A stretch of 64,000 nt of DNA, from the NCBI GenBank assembly GCA_964016885.1, contig OZ024740.1, positions 417,446,001-417,510,000 on the forward strand, given 5' to 3'. This document shows positions 12,936 through 26,559 of the stretch, piece after piece. The position numbers and the translations under genes were made by a program. The notes below the pieces were generated by a model, which searched no databases, had not been told where the DNA came from, and saw only the letters and a program-made list of their open reading frames with translations. Within the stretch, counting starts at the first letter, position 1. Each line of letters opens with the position of its first letter. This stretch comes from Eledone cirrhosa (taxonomy: Eukaryota).

Positions 12936-15900
12936 GGAAAGAATCTCTGAATTGAGAGATCACAGCTCTGATATTACAGGCATGTGGCTAGAATGTCTCA
13001 GGAAAGAATCTCTGAATTGAGAGACCACAGCTCTGATACTACAGAAATGTGGTTAGAATGTCTCAGGAAAGAGTCTCTGAATTGAGAGACCACAGCTCTG
13101 ATACTACAGAAATGTGGTTAGAATGTCTCAGGAAAGAATCTCTGAATTGAGAGATCACAGCTCTGATATTACAGACACGTGGTTAGAATGTCTCAGGAAA
13201 GAACCTCTGAATTGAGAGACGACAGCTCTGATATTACAGACATGTGGCTGGAATGTCTCAGGAAAGAATCTCTGAATTGAGAGAGCACAGCTCTGATATT
13301 ACTAGACATGTGGTTAGAATGTCTCAGTAAAGAATCTATCTCTGAATTGAGAGACCACAGCTCTGATACTACAGACATGTGGTTAGAATGTCTCAAGAAA
13401 GAGTCTCTCAATTGAGAGACCACAGCTCTGATATTACAGACATGTGGCTAGAATGTCTCAGGAAAGAGTCTCTGAATTGAGAGATCACAGCTCTGATGTT
13501 ACAGACATGTGGTTAGAATGTCTCAGGAAAGAATCTCTGAATTGAGAGATCACAGCTCTGATATTAAAGACATGTGGTTAGAACGTCTCATGAAAAAGTC
13601 TCTCAATTGAGAGACCACAGCTCTGATATTAAAGATATGTGGTTAGAATGTCTCAGGAAAGAATCTCTGAATTGAGAGATCACAGCTCTGATACTACAGA
13701 CATGTGGTTAGAATGTCTCAGGAAAGAACCTCTGAATTGAGAGACCACAGCTCTGATACTACAGACATGTGGCTAGAATGTCTCAGGAAAGAGTCTCTGA
13801 ATTGAGAGACCACAGCTCTGATATTACAGACATGTGGTTAGAATGTCTCAGGAAAGAGTCTCTGAATTGAGAGATCACAGCTCTGATATTACAGACATGT
13901 GGTTAGAATGTCTCAGGAAAGAACCTCTGAATTGAGAGACCACAGCTCTGATATTACAGACATGTGGCTAGAATGTCTCAGGAAGGAGTCTCTGAATTGA
14001 GAGATCACAGCTCTGATATTACAGGCATGAGGCTAGAATGTCTCAGGAAAGAATCACTGAATTGAGAGACCACAGCTCTGATACTACAGACACGTGGTTA
14101 GAATGTCTCAGGAAAGAGTCTCTGAATTGAGACAACAGCTCTGATATTACAGAAATGTGGTTAGAATGTCTCAGGAAAGAATCTCTGAATTGAGAGATAA
14201 CAGCTCTGATACTACAGACATGCGGTTAGAATGTCTCAAGAAAGAGTCTCTCAATTGAGAGACCACAGCTCTGATATTACAGACATGTGGGTAGATTGTC
14301 TCAGGAAAGAGTCTCTGAATTGAGAGACCACAGCTCTGATATTACAAACATGTGGTTAGAATGTCTCAGGAAAGAATCTCTGAATTGAGTGATCACAGCT
14401 ATGATACTACAGACACGTGGTTAGAATGTCTCAGGAAAGAACCTCTGAATTGAGAGACCACAGCTCTGATATTACAGACATGTGGTTAGAATGTCTCAGG
14501 AAAGAATCTTCGAATTGAGAGACCACAGATCTGATATTACAGACATGTGGTTAGAATGTCTCAGGAAAGAATCTCTGAATTGAGAGACCACAGCACTGTA
14601 ACTACAGACATGTGGTTAGAATGTCTCAGGAAAGAGTCTCTGAATTGAGAAATCACAACTCTGATGTTACAGACATGTGGTTAGAATGTCTCAGGAAAGA
14701 GTCTCTGAATTGAGAGACCACAGCTCTGATATTACAGACATGTGGTTAGAATGTCTCAGGAAAGAACCTCTGAATTGAGAGACATCAGCTCTGATATTAC
14801 AGACATGTGGATAGAATGTCTCAGGAAAGAATCTCTGAATTGAGAGACCACAGCTTTGATACTACAGGCATGTGGTTAGAATGTCTCAGGAAAGAATCTC
14901 TGAATTGAGAGATCACAGCTCTGATACTACAGACATGTGGTTAGAATGTCTCAGGAAAGAACATCTGAATTGAGAGACCTCAGCTCTGATATTACAAACA
15001 TGTGGTTAGAATGTCTCAGGAAAGAGTCTCTGAATTGAGAGACCACAGCTCTGATATTACAAACATATGGTTAGAATGTCTCAGGAAAGAGTCTCTGAAT
15101 TGAGAGACCACAGCTCTGATACTACAGACTTGTGGTTAGAATGTCTCTGGAAAGAATCTCTGAATTGAGAGATCACAGCTCTGATATTACAGGCATGTGG
15201 CTAGAATGTCTCAGGAAAGAATCTCTGAATTGAGAGACCACAGCTCTGATACTACAGATATGTGGTTAGAATGTCTCAGGAAAGAGTCTCTGAATTGAGA
15301 GACCACAGCTCTGATACTACAGACTTGTGGTTAGAATGTCTCAAGAAAGAGTCTCTCAATTGAGAGACCACAGCTCTGATATTACAGACATGTGGCTAGA
15401 ATGTCTCAGGAAAGAGTCTCTGAATTGAGAGATCACAGCTCTGATGTTACAGACATGTGGTTAGAATGTCTCAGGAAAGAATCTCTGAATTGAGAGATCA
15501 CAGCTCTGATATTAAAGACATGTGGTTAGAACGTCTCATGAAAAAGTCTCTCAATTGAGAGACCACAGCTCTGATATTAAAGATATGTGGTTAGAATGTC
15601 TCAGGAAAGAATCTCTGAATTGAGAGATCACAGCTCTGATACTACAGACATGTGGTTAGAATGTCTCAGGAAAGAACCTCTGAATTGAGAGACCACAGCT
15701 CTGATACTACAGACATGTGGCTAGAATGTCTCAGGAAAGAGTCTCTGAATTGAGAGACCACAGCTCTGATATTACAGACATGTGGTTAGAATGTCTCAGG
15801 AAAGAGTCTCTGAATTGAGAGATCACAGCTCTGATATTACAGACATGTGGTTAGAATGTCTCAGGAAAGAACCTCTGAATTGAGAGACCACAGCTCTGAT

Positions 15901-18900
15901 ATTACAGACATGTGGCTAGAATGTCTCAGGAAGGAGTCTCTGAATTGAGAGATCACAGCTCTGATATTACAGGCATGAGGCTAGAATGTCTCAGGAAAGA
16001 ATCACTGAATTGAGAGACCACAGCTCTGATACTACAGACACATGGTTAGAATGTCTCAGGAAAGAGTCTCTGAATTGAGACAACAGCTCTGATATTACAG
16101 AAATGTGGTTAGAATGTCTCAGGAAAGAATCTCTGAATTGAGAGATAACAGCTCTGATACTACAGACATGCGGTTAGAATGTCTCAAGAAAGAGTCTCTC
16201 AATTGAGAGACCACAGCTCTGATATTACAGACATGTGGGTAGATTGTCTCAGGAAAGAGTCTCTGAATTGAGAGACCACAGCTCTGATATTACAAACATG
16301 TGGTTAGAATGTCTCAGGAAAGAATCTCTGAATTGAGTGATCACAGCTATGATACTACAGACACGTGGTTAGAATGTCTCAGGAAAGAACCTCTGAATTG
16401 AGAGACCACAGCTCTGATATTACAGACATGTGGTTAGAATGTCTCAGGAAAGAATCTTCGAATTGAGAGACCACAGCACTGTAACTACAGACATGTGGTT
16501 AGAATGTCTCAGGAAAGAGTCTCTGAATTGAGAAATCACAACTCTGATGTTACAGACATGTGGTTAGAATGTCTCAGTAAAGAGTCTCTGAATTGAGAGA
16601 CCACAGCTCTGATATTACAGACATGTGGTTAGAATGTCTCAGGAAAGAATCTCTGAATTGAGAGACCACAGCTCTGATACTACAGGCATGTGGTTAGAAT
16701 GTCTCAGGAAAGAATCTCTGAATTGAGAGATCACAGCTCTGATACTACAGACATGTGGTTAGAATGTCTCAGGAAAGAACATCTGAATTGAGAGACCTCA
16801 GCTCTGATATTACAAACATGTGGTTAGAATGTCTCAGGAAAGAGTCTCTGAATTGAGAGATAACAGCTCTGATACTACAGACATGCGGTTAGAATGTCTC
16901 AAGAAAGAGTCTCTCAATTGAGAGACCACAGCTCTGATATTACAGACATGTGGGTAGATTGTCTCAGGAAAGAGTCTCTGAATTGAGAGACCACAGCTCT
17001 GATATTACAAATATGTGGTTAGAATGTCTCAGGAAAGAATCTCTGAATTGAGTGATCACAGCTATGATACTACAGACACGTGGTTAGAATCTCTCAGGAA
17101 AGAACCTCTGAATTGAGAGACCACAGCTCTGATATTACAGACATGTGGTTAGAATGTCTCAGGAAAGAATCTTCGAATTGAGAGACCACAGATCTGATAT
17201 TACAGACATGTGGTTAGAATGTCTCAGGAAAGAATCTCTGAATTGAGAGACCACAGCACTGTAACTACAGACATGTGGTTAGAATGTCTCAGGAAAGAGT
17301 CTCTGAATTGAGAAATCACAACTCTGATGTTACAGACATGTGGTTAGAATGTCTCAGGAAAGAGTCTCTGAATTGAGAGACCACAGCTCTGATATTACAG
17401 ACATGTGGTTAGAATGTCTCAGGAAAGAACCTCTGAATTGAGAGACATCAGCTCTGATATTACAGACATGTGGATAGAATGTCTCAGGAAAGAATCTCTG
17501 AATTGAGAGACCACAGCTCTGATACTACAGGCATGTGGTTAGAATGTCTCAGGGAAGAATCTCTGAATTGAGAGATCACAGCTCTGATACTACAGACATG
17601 TGGTTAGAATGTCTCAGGAAAGAACCTCTGAATTGAGAGACCTCAGCTCTGATATTACAAACATGTGGTTAGAATGTGTCAGGAAAGAGTCTCTGAATTG
17701 AGAGACCACAGCTCTGATATTACAAACATATGGTTAGAATGTCTCAGAAAAGAGTCTCTGAATTGAGAGACCACAGCTCTGATACTACAGACTTGTGGTT
17801 AGAATGTCTCTGGAAAGAATCTCTGAATTGAGAGATCACAGCTCTGATATTACAGGCATGTGGCTAGAATGTCTCAGGAAAGAATCTCTGAATTGAGAGA
17901 CCACAGCTCTGATACTACAGATATGTGGTTAGAATGTCTCAGGAAAGAGTCTCTGAATTGAGAGACCACAGCTCTGAAACTACAGGCATGTGGTTACAAT
18001 GTCTCAGGAAAGAATCTCTGAATTGAGAGACCACAGCTCTGATACTACAGATATGTGGTTAGAATGTCTCAGGAAAGAACCTCTGAATTGAGAGACGACA
18101 GCTCTGATATTACAGACATGTGGCTGGAATGTCTCAGGAAAGAATCTCTGAATTGAGAGACGACAGCTCTGATATTACTAGACATGTGGTTAGAATGTCT
18201 CAGTAAAGAATCTATCTCTGAATTGAGAGACCACAGCTCTGATACTACAGACATGTGGTTAGAATGTCTCAAGAAAGAGTCTCTCAATTGAGAGACCACA
18301 GCTCTGATATTACAGACATGTGGTTAGAATGTCTCAGGAAAGAATCTCTGAATTGAGAGACCACAGCTCTGATATTACAGACATGTGGTTAGAATGTCTC
18401 ACGAAAGAGTCTCTGAATTGAGAGATCACAGCTCTGATATTAAGAGACATGTGGTTAGAATGTCTCAGGAAAAAGTCTCTCAATTGAGAGACCACAGCTC
18501 TGATATTACAGACATGTGGTTAGAATGTCTCACGAAAGAACCTCTGAATTGAGAGACCACAGCTCTGATACTACAGACATGTGGCTAGAATGTCTCAGGA
18601 AAGAGTCTCTGAATTGAGAGACCACAGCTCTGATATTACAGACATGTGGTTAGAATGTCTCAGGAAAGAGTCTCTGAATTGAGAGATCACAGCTCTGATA
18701 TTACAGACATCTGGTTAGAATGTCTCAGGAAAGAATCTCTGAATTGAGAGATAACAGCTCTGATATTACAGACATGTGGTTAGAATGTCTCAGGAAAGAA
18801 TCTCTGAATTGAGAGATCACAGCTCTGATATTACAGACATGTGGTTAGAATGTCTCAGGAAAGAGTCTCTGAATTGAGAGATCACAGCTCTGATATTACA

Positions 18901-19670
18901 GACATGTGGCTAGAATGTCTCAGGAAAAAGTCTTTGAGGTGAGAGATCACAGCTCTGATATTACTAGACATGTGGTTAGAATGTCTCAGTAAAGAATCTA
19001 TCTCTGAATTGAGAGACCACAGCTCTGAAACTACAGACTTGTAGTTAGAATGTCTCTGGAAAGAATCTCTGAATTGAGAGATCACAGCTCTGATATTACA
19101 GGCATGTGGCTAGAATGTCTCAGGAAAGAATCTCTGAATTGAGAGACCACAGCTCTGATACTACAGAAATGTGGTTAGCATGTCTCAGGAAAGAGTCTCT
19201 GAATTGAGAGACCACAGCTCTGATACTACAGAAATGTGGTTAGAATGTCTCAGGAAAGAATCTCTGAATTGAGAGATCACAGCTCTGATATTACAGACAC
19301 GTGGTTAGAATGTCTCAGGAAAGAACCTCTGAATTGAGAGACGACAGCTCTGATATTACAGACATGTGGCTGGAATGTCTCAGGAAAGAATCTCTGAATT
19401 GAGAGAGCACAGCTCTGATATTACTAGACATGTGGTTAGAATGTCTCAGTAAAGAATCTATCTCTGAATTGAGAGACCACAGCTCTGATACTACAGACAT
19501 GTGGTTAGAATGTCTCAAGAAAGAGTCTCTCAATTGAGAGACCACAGCTCTGATATTACAGACATGTGGCTAGAATGTCTCAGGAAAGAGTCTCTGAATT
19601 GAGAGATCACAGCTCTGATGTTACAGACATGTGGTTAGAATGTCTCAGGAAAGAATCTCTGAATTGAGAG
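11900..19670. repeat. Segments of about 1.6 kb repeated at offset 6122 bp (about 11900-13550 and 18020-19670)
   Basis: ORF markers 11947/18069, 12760/18882 and 13193/19315 all differ by 6122. Confidence 0.85.
13390..16860. repeat. Tandem duplication of a 30-monomer unit (1948 bp), second copy internally deleted
   Basis: Private variant ATCACTGA occurs at 14053 and 16001 (1948 = 30x65-2). Both copies share GAACGTCTCATG and the 63-bp monomer. Confidence 0.85.
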
Positions 19671-22600
19671 ACCACAGCTCTGATATTACAGACATGTGGT
19701 TAGAATGTCTCAGGAAAGAATCTCCGAATTGAGAGACCACAGCTCTGATACTACAGACATGTGGTTAGAATGTCTCAGGAAAGAATCTCTGAATTGAGAG
19801 ACCACAGATCTGATACTACAGACATTGGGTTAGAATGTCTCAGGAAAGAGTCTCTGAATTGAGAGATCACAGCTCTGATATTACAGACATGTGGTTAGAA
19901 TGTCTCAGGAAATAGTCTCTGAATTGAGAGACCACAGCTCTGATATTACAGACATGTGGTTAGAATGTCTCAGGAAAGAATCTCTGAATTGAGAGATCAC
20001 AGCTCTGATATTACAGACATGTGGTTAGAATGTCTCAGGAAAGAATCTCTGAATTGAGAGATCACAGCTCTGATATTAAAGACATGTGGTTAGAACGTCT
20101 CATGAAAAAGTCTCTCAATTGAGAGACCACAGCTCTGATATTAAAGATATGTGGTTAGAATGTCTCAGGAAAGAATCTCTGAATTGAGAGATCACAGCTC
20201 TGATACTACAGACATGTGGTTAGAATGTCTCAGGAAAGAACCTCTGAATTGAGAGACCACAGCTCTGATACTACAGACATGTGGCTAGAATGTCTCAGGA
20301 AAGAGTCTCTGAATTGAGAGACCACAGCTCTGATATTACAGACATGTGGTTAGAATGTCTCAGGAAAGAGTCTCTGAATTGAGAGATCACAGCTCTGATA
20401 TTACTAGACATGTGGTTAGAATGTCTCAGTAAAGAATCTATCTCTGAATTGAGAGACCACAGCTCTGATACTACAGACATGTGGTTAGAATGTCTCAAGA
20501 AAGAGTCTCTCAATTGAGAGACCACAGCTCTGATATTACAGACATGTGGCTAGAATGTCTCAGGAAAGAGTCTCTGAATTGAGAGATCACAGCTCTGATG
20601 TTACAGACATGTGGTTAGAATGTCTCAGGAAAGAATCTCTGAATTGAGAGACCACAGCTCTGATATTACAGACATGTGGCTAGAATGTCTCAGGAAAGAG
20701 TCTTTGAATTGAGAGACACAGCTCTGATATTAGAGACATGTGGGTAGAATGTCTCAGGAAAGAACCTCTGAATTGAGAGACCACAGATCTGATATTACAG
20801 ACATGTGGCTAGAATGTCTCAGGAAAGAGTCTCTGGATTGAGAGATCACAGCTCTGATATTACAGACATGTGGTTAGAATGTCTCAGGAAAGAATCTCCG
20901 AATTGAGAGACCACAGCTCTGATACTACAGACATGTGGTTAGAATGTCTCAGGAAAGAATCTCTGAATTGAGAGACCACAGATCTGATACTACTGACATT
21001 GGGTTAGAATGTCTCAGGAAAGAGTCTCTGAATTGAGAGATCACAGCTCTGATATTACAGACATGTGGTTAGAATGTCTCAGGAAATAGTCTCTGAATTG
21101 AGAGACCACAGCTCTGATATTACAGACATGTGGTTAGAATGTCTCAGGAAAGAATCTCTGAATTGAGAGATCACAGCTCTGATATTACAGACATGTGGTT
21201 AGAATGTCTCAGGAAAGAATCTCTGAATTGAGAGATCACAGCTCTGATATTAAAGACATGTGGTTAGAACGTCTCATGAAAAAGTCTCTCAATTGAGAGA
21301 CCACAGCTCTGATATTAAAGATATGTGGTTAGAATGTCTCAGGAAAGAACCCCTGAATTGAGAGATCACAGCTCTGATATTACAGGCATGAGGCTAGAAT
21401 GTCTCAGGAAAGAATCTCTGAATTGAGAGACCACAGCTCTGATACTACAGACACTTGGTTAGAATGTCTCAGGAAAGAGTCTCTGAATTGAGACAACAGC
21501 TCTGATATTACAGAAATGTGGTTAGAATGTCTCAGGAAAGAATCTCTGAATTGAGAGATAACAGCTCTGATACTACAGACATGCGGTTAGAATGTCTCAA
21601 GAAAGAGTCTCTCCATTGAGAGACCACAGCTCTGATATTACAGACATGTGGGTAGATTGTCTCAGGAAAGAGTCTCTGAATTGAGAGACCACAGCTCTGA
21701 TATTACAAACATGTGGTTAGAATGTCTCAGGAAAGAATCTCTGAATTGAGTGATCACAGCTATGATACTACAGACACGTGGTTAGAATGTCTCAGGAAAG
21801 AACCTCTGAATTGAGAGACCACAGCTCTGATATTACAGACATGTGGTTAGAATGTCTCAGGAAAGAATCTTCGAATTGAGAGACCACAGATCTGATATTA
21901 CAGACATGTGGTTAGAATGTCTCAGGAAAGATTCTCTGAATTGAGAGACCACAGCACTGTAACTACAGACATGTGGTTAGAATGTCTCGGGAAAGAGTCT
22001 CTGAATTGAGAAATCACAACTCTGATGTTACAGACATGTGGTTAGAATGTCTCAGGAAAGAGTCTCTGAATTGAGAGACCACAGCTCTGATATTACAGAC
22101 ATGTGGTTAGAATGTCTCAGGAAAGAATCTCTGAATTGAGAGACCACAGCTCTGATACTACAGGCATGTGGTTAGAATGTCTCAGGAAAGAATCTCTGAA
22201 TTGAGAGATCACAGCTCTGATACTACAGACATGTGGTTAGAATGTCTCAGGAAAGAACCTCTGAATTGAGAGACCTCAGCTCTGATATTACAAACATGTA
22301 GTTAGAATGTCTCAGGAAAGAGTCTCTGAATTGAGAGACCACAGCTCTGATATTACAAACATGGGGTTAGAATGTCTCAGGAAAGAGTCTTTGAATTGAG
22401 AGACCACAGCTCTGATACTACAGACTTGTGGTTAGAATGTCTCTGGAGAGAATCTCTGAATTGAGAGATCACAGCTCTGATATTACAGGCATGTGGCTAG
22501 AATGTCTCAGGAAAGAATCTCTGAATTGAGAGACCACAGCTCTGATACTACAGATATGTGGTTAGAATGTCTCAGGAAAGAGTCTCTGAATTGAGAGACC

Positions 22601-24889
22601 ACAGCTCTGAAACTACAGGCATGTGGTTAGAATGTCTCAGGAAAGAATCTCTGAATTGAGAGATCACAGCTCTGAAACTACAGGCATGTGGTTAGAATGT
22701 CTCAGGAAAGAATCTCTGAATTGAGAGACCACAGCACTGATATTACAGACATGTGGTTAGAATGTCTCAGGAAAGAGTCTCTGAATTGAGAGATCACAGC
22801 TCTGATATTACGAGACATGTGGTTAGAATGTCTCAGGAAAAAGTCTCTATATTGAGAGACCACAGCTCTGATATTACAGACATGTGGTTAGAATGTCTCA
22901 CGAAAGAACCTCTGAATTGAGAGACCACAGCTCTGATACTACAGACATGTGGCTAGAATGTCTCAGGAAAGAGTCTCTGAATTGAGAGACCACAGCTCTG
23001 ATATTACAGACATGTGGTTAGAATGTCTCAGGAAAGAGTCTCTGAATTGAGAGATCACAGCTCTGATATTACAGACATCTGGTTAGAATGTCTCAGGAAA
23101 GAATCTCTGAATTGAGAGATAACAGCTCTGATATTACAGACATGTGGTTAGAATGTCTCAGGAAAGAATCTTTGAATTGAGAGATCACAGCTCTGATATT
23201 ACAGACATGTGGTTAGAATGTCTCAGGAAAGAGTCTCTGAATTTAGAGATCACAGCTCTGATATTACAGACATGTGGCTAGAATGTCTCAGGAAAAAGTC
23301 TTTGAGGTTAGAGATCACAGCTCTGATATTACTAGACATGTGGTTAGAATGTCTCAAGAAAGAGTCTCTGAATTGAGAGACCACAGCTCTGATATTACGG
23401 ACATGTGGCTAGAATGTCTCAGGAAAGAGTCTCTGAATTGAGAGATCACAGCTCTGATATTACTAGACATGCGGTTAGAATGTCTGAGGAAAGTGTCTCT
23501 GAATTGAGAGACCACAGCTCTGATATTACAGACATGTGGGTAGAATGTCTCAGGAAAGAACCTCTGAATTGAGAGACCACAGCTCTGATATTACAGACAT
23601 GTGGCTAGAATGTCTCAGGAAGGAGTCTCTGAATTGAGAGATCACAGCTCTGATATTACAGGCATGAGGCTAGAATGTCTCAGGAAAGAATCTCTGAATT
23701 GAGAGACCACAGCTCTGATACTACAGACACGTGGTTAGAATGTCTCAGGAAAGAGTCTCTGAATTGAGAGACAACAGCTCTGATATTACAGACATGTGGT
23801 TAGAATGTCTCAGGAAAGGATCTCTGAATTGAGAGATAACAGCTCTAATACTACAGACATGCGGTTAGAATGTCTCAAGAAAGAGTCTCTCAATTGAGAG
23901 ACCACAGGTCTGATATTACAGACATGTGGGTAGATTGTCTCAGGAAAGAGTCTCTGAATTGAGAGACCACAGCTCTGATATTACAAACATGTGGTTAGAA
24001 TGTCTCAGGAAAGAATCTCTGAATTGAGTGATCACAGCTATGATACTACAGACATGTGGTTAGAATGTCTCAAGAAAGAGTCTCTGAATTGAGAGACCAC
24101 AGCTCTGATATTACGGACATGTGGCTAGAATGTCTCAGGAAAGAGTCTCTGAATTTAGAGATCACAGCTCTGATATTACTAGACATGCGGTTAGAATGTC
24201 TGAGGAAAGTGTCTCTGAATTGAGAGACCACAGCTCTGATATTACAGACATGTGGGTAGAATGTCTCAGGAAAGAACCTCTGAATTGAGAGACGACAGCT
24301 CTGATATTACAGACATGTGGCTGGAATGTCTCAGGAAAGAATCTCTGAATTGAGAGACCACAGCTCTGATATTACTAGACATGTGGTTAGAATGTCTCAG
24401 TAAAGAATCTATCTCTGAATTGAGAGACCACAGCTCTGATACTACAGACATGTGGTTAGAATGTCTCAAGAAAGAGTCTCTCAATTGAGAGACCACAGCT
24501 CTGATATTACAGACATGTGGCTAGAATGTCTCAGGAAAGAGTCTCTGAATTGAGAGATCACAGCTCTGATGTTACAGACATGTGGTTAGAATGTCTCAGG
24601 AAAGAATCTTTGAATTGAGAGACCACAGCTCTGATATTACAGACATGTGGCTAGAATGTCTCAGGAAAGAGTCTTTGAATTGAGAGATCACAGCTCTGAT
24701 ATTACAGACATGTGGGTAGAATGTCTCAGGAAAGAACCTCTGAATTGAGAGACCACAGATCTGATATTACAGACATGTGGCTAGAATGTCTCAGGAAAGA
24801 GTCTCTGGATTGAGAGATCACAGATCTGATATTACAGACATGTGGTAAGAATGTCTCAGAAAAGAATCTCCGAATTGAGAGACCACAGC

Positions 24890-26470
24890 TCTGATACTAC
24901 AGACATGTGGTTAGAATGTCTCAGGAAAGAATCTCTGAATTGAGAGACCACAGCTCTGATACTACAGACATGGGGTTAGAATGTCTCAGGAAAGAGTCTC
25001 TGAATTGAGAGATCACAGCTCTGATATTACAGACATGTGGTTAGAATGTCTCAGGAAATAGTCTCTGAATTGAGAGACCACAGCTCTGATATTACAGACG
25101 TGTGGTTAGAATGTCTCAGGAAAGAATCTCTGAATTGAGAGATCACAGCTCTGATATTACAGACATGTGGTTAGAATGTCTCAGGAAAGAATCTCTGAAT
25201 TGAGAGATCACAGCTCTGATATTAAAGACATGTGGTTAGAATGTCTCAGGAAAGAGTCTCTGAATTGAGAGATCACAGCTCTAATATTACAGACATGTGG
25301 TTAGAATGTCTCAGGAAAGAGTCTCTGAATTGAGAGATCACAGCTCTGATATTACTAGACATGTGGTTAGAACGTCTCAGGAAAAAGTCTCTCAATTGAG
25401 AGACCACAGCTCTGATATTACAGACATGTGGTTAGAATGTCTCAGGAAAGAGTCTCTGAATTGAGAGATCACAGCTCTGATATTACAGACATGTGGTTAG
25501 AATGTCTCAGGAAAGAATCTCTGAATTGAGAGATCACAGCTCTGATATTAAAGACATGTGGTTAGAATATCTCAGGAAAGAATCTCTGAATTGAGAGATC
25601 ACAGCTCTGATACTACAGACATGTGGTTAGAATGTCTCAGGAAAGAACCTCTGAATTGAGAGACCACAGCTCTGATACTACAGACATGTGGTTAGAATGT
25701 CTCAGGAAAGAATCTCTGAATTGAGAGACCACAGCTCTGATACTACAGACATGGGTTTAGAATGTCTCAGGAAAGAGTCTCTGAATTGAGAGACCACAGC
25801 TCTGATATTACAGACATGTGGTTAGAATGTCTCAGGAAATAGTCTCTGAATTGAGAGACCACAGCTCTGATATTACAGACGTGTGGTTAGAATGTCTCAG
25901 GAAAGAATCTCTGAATTGAGAGATCACAGCTCTGATATTACAGACATGTGGTTAGAATGTCTCAGGAAAGAATCTCTGAATTGAGAGATCACAGCACTGA
26001 TATTAAAGACATGTGGTTAGAATGTCTCAGGAAAGAGTCTCTGAATTGAGAGATCACAGCTCTGATATTACAGACATGTGGTTAGAATGTCTCAGGAAAG
26101 AGTCTCTGAATTGAGAGATCACAGCTCTGATATTACTAGACATGTGGTTAGAATGTCTCAGGAAAAAGTCTCTCAATTGAGAGACCACAGCTCTGATATT
26201 ACAGACATGTGGTTAGAATGTCTCAGGAAAGAGTCTCTGAATTGAGAGATCACAGCTCTGATATTACAGACATGTGGCTAGAATGTCTCAGGAAAGAATC
26301 TCTGAATTGAGAGATCACAGCTCTGATATTAAAGACATGTGTTTAGAATGTCTCAGGAAAGAATCTCCGAATTGAGAGATCACAGCTCTGATACTACAGA
26401 CATGTGGTTAGAATGTCTCAGGAAAGAACCTCTGAATTGAGAGACCACAGCTCTGATACTACAGACATGT
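24890..26470. repeat. Two copies of a 12-monomer unit (781 bp)
   Basis: The T of GGAAATAG is at 25059 and 25840 (781 = 12x65+1), followed by the same GACGTG, TTAAAG and TACTAG..CAATTG order. Confidence 0.82.
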
Positions 26471-26559
26471 GGCTAGAATGTCTCAGGAAAGAGTCTCTGA
26501 ATTGAGAGACCACAGCTCTGATGTTACAGACATGTGGTTAGAATGTCTCAGGAAAGAAC

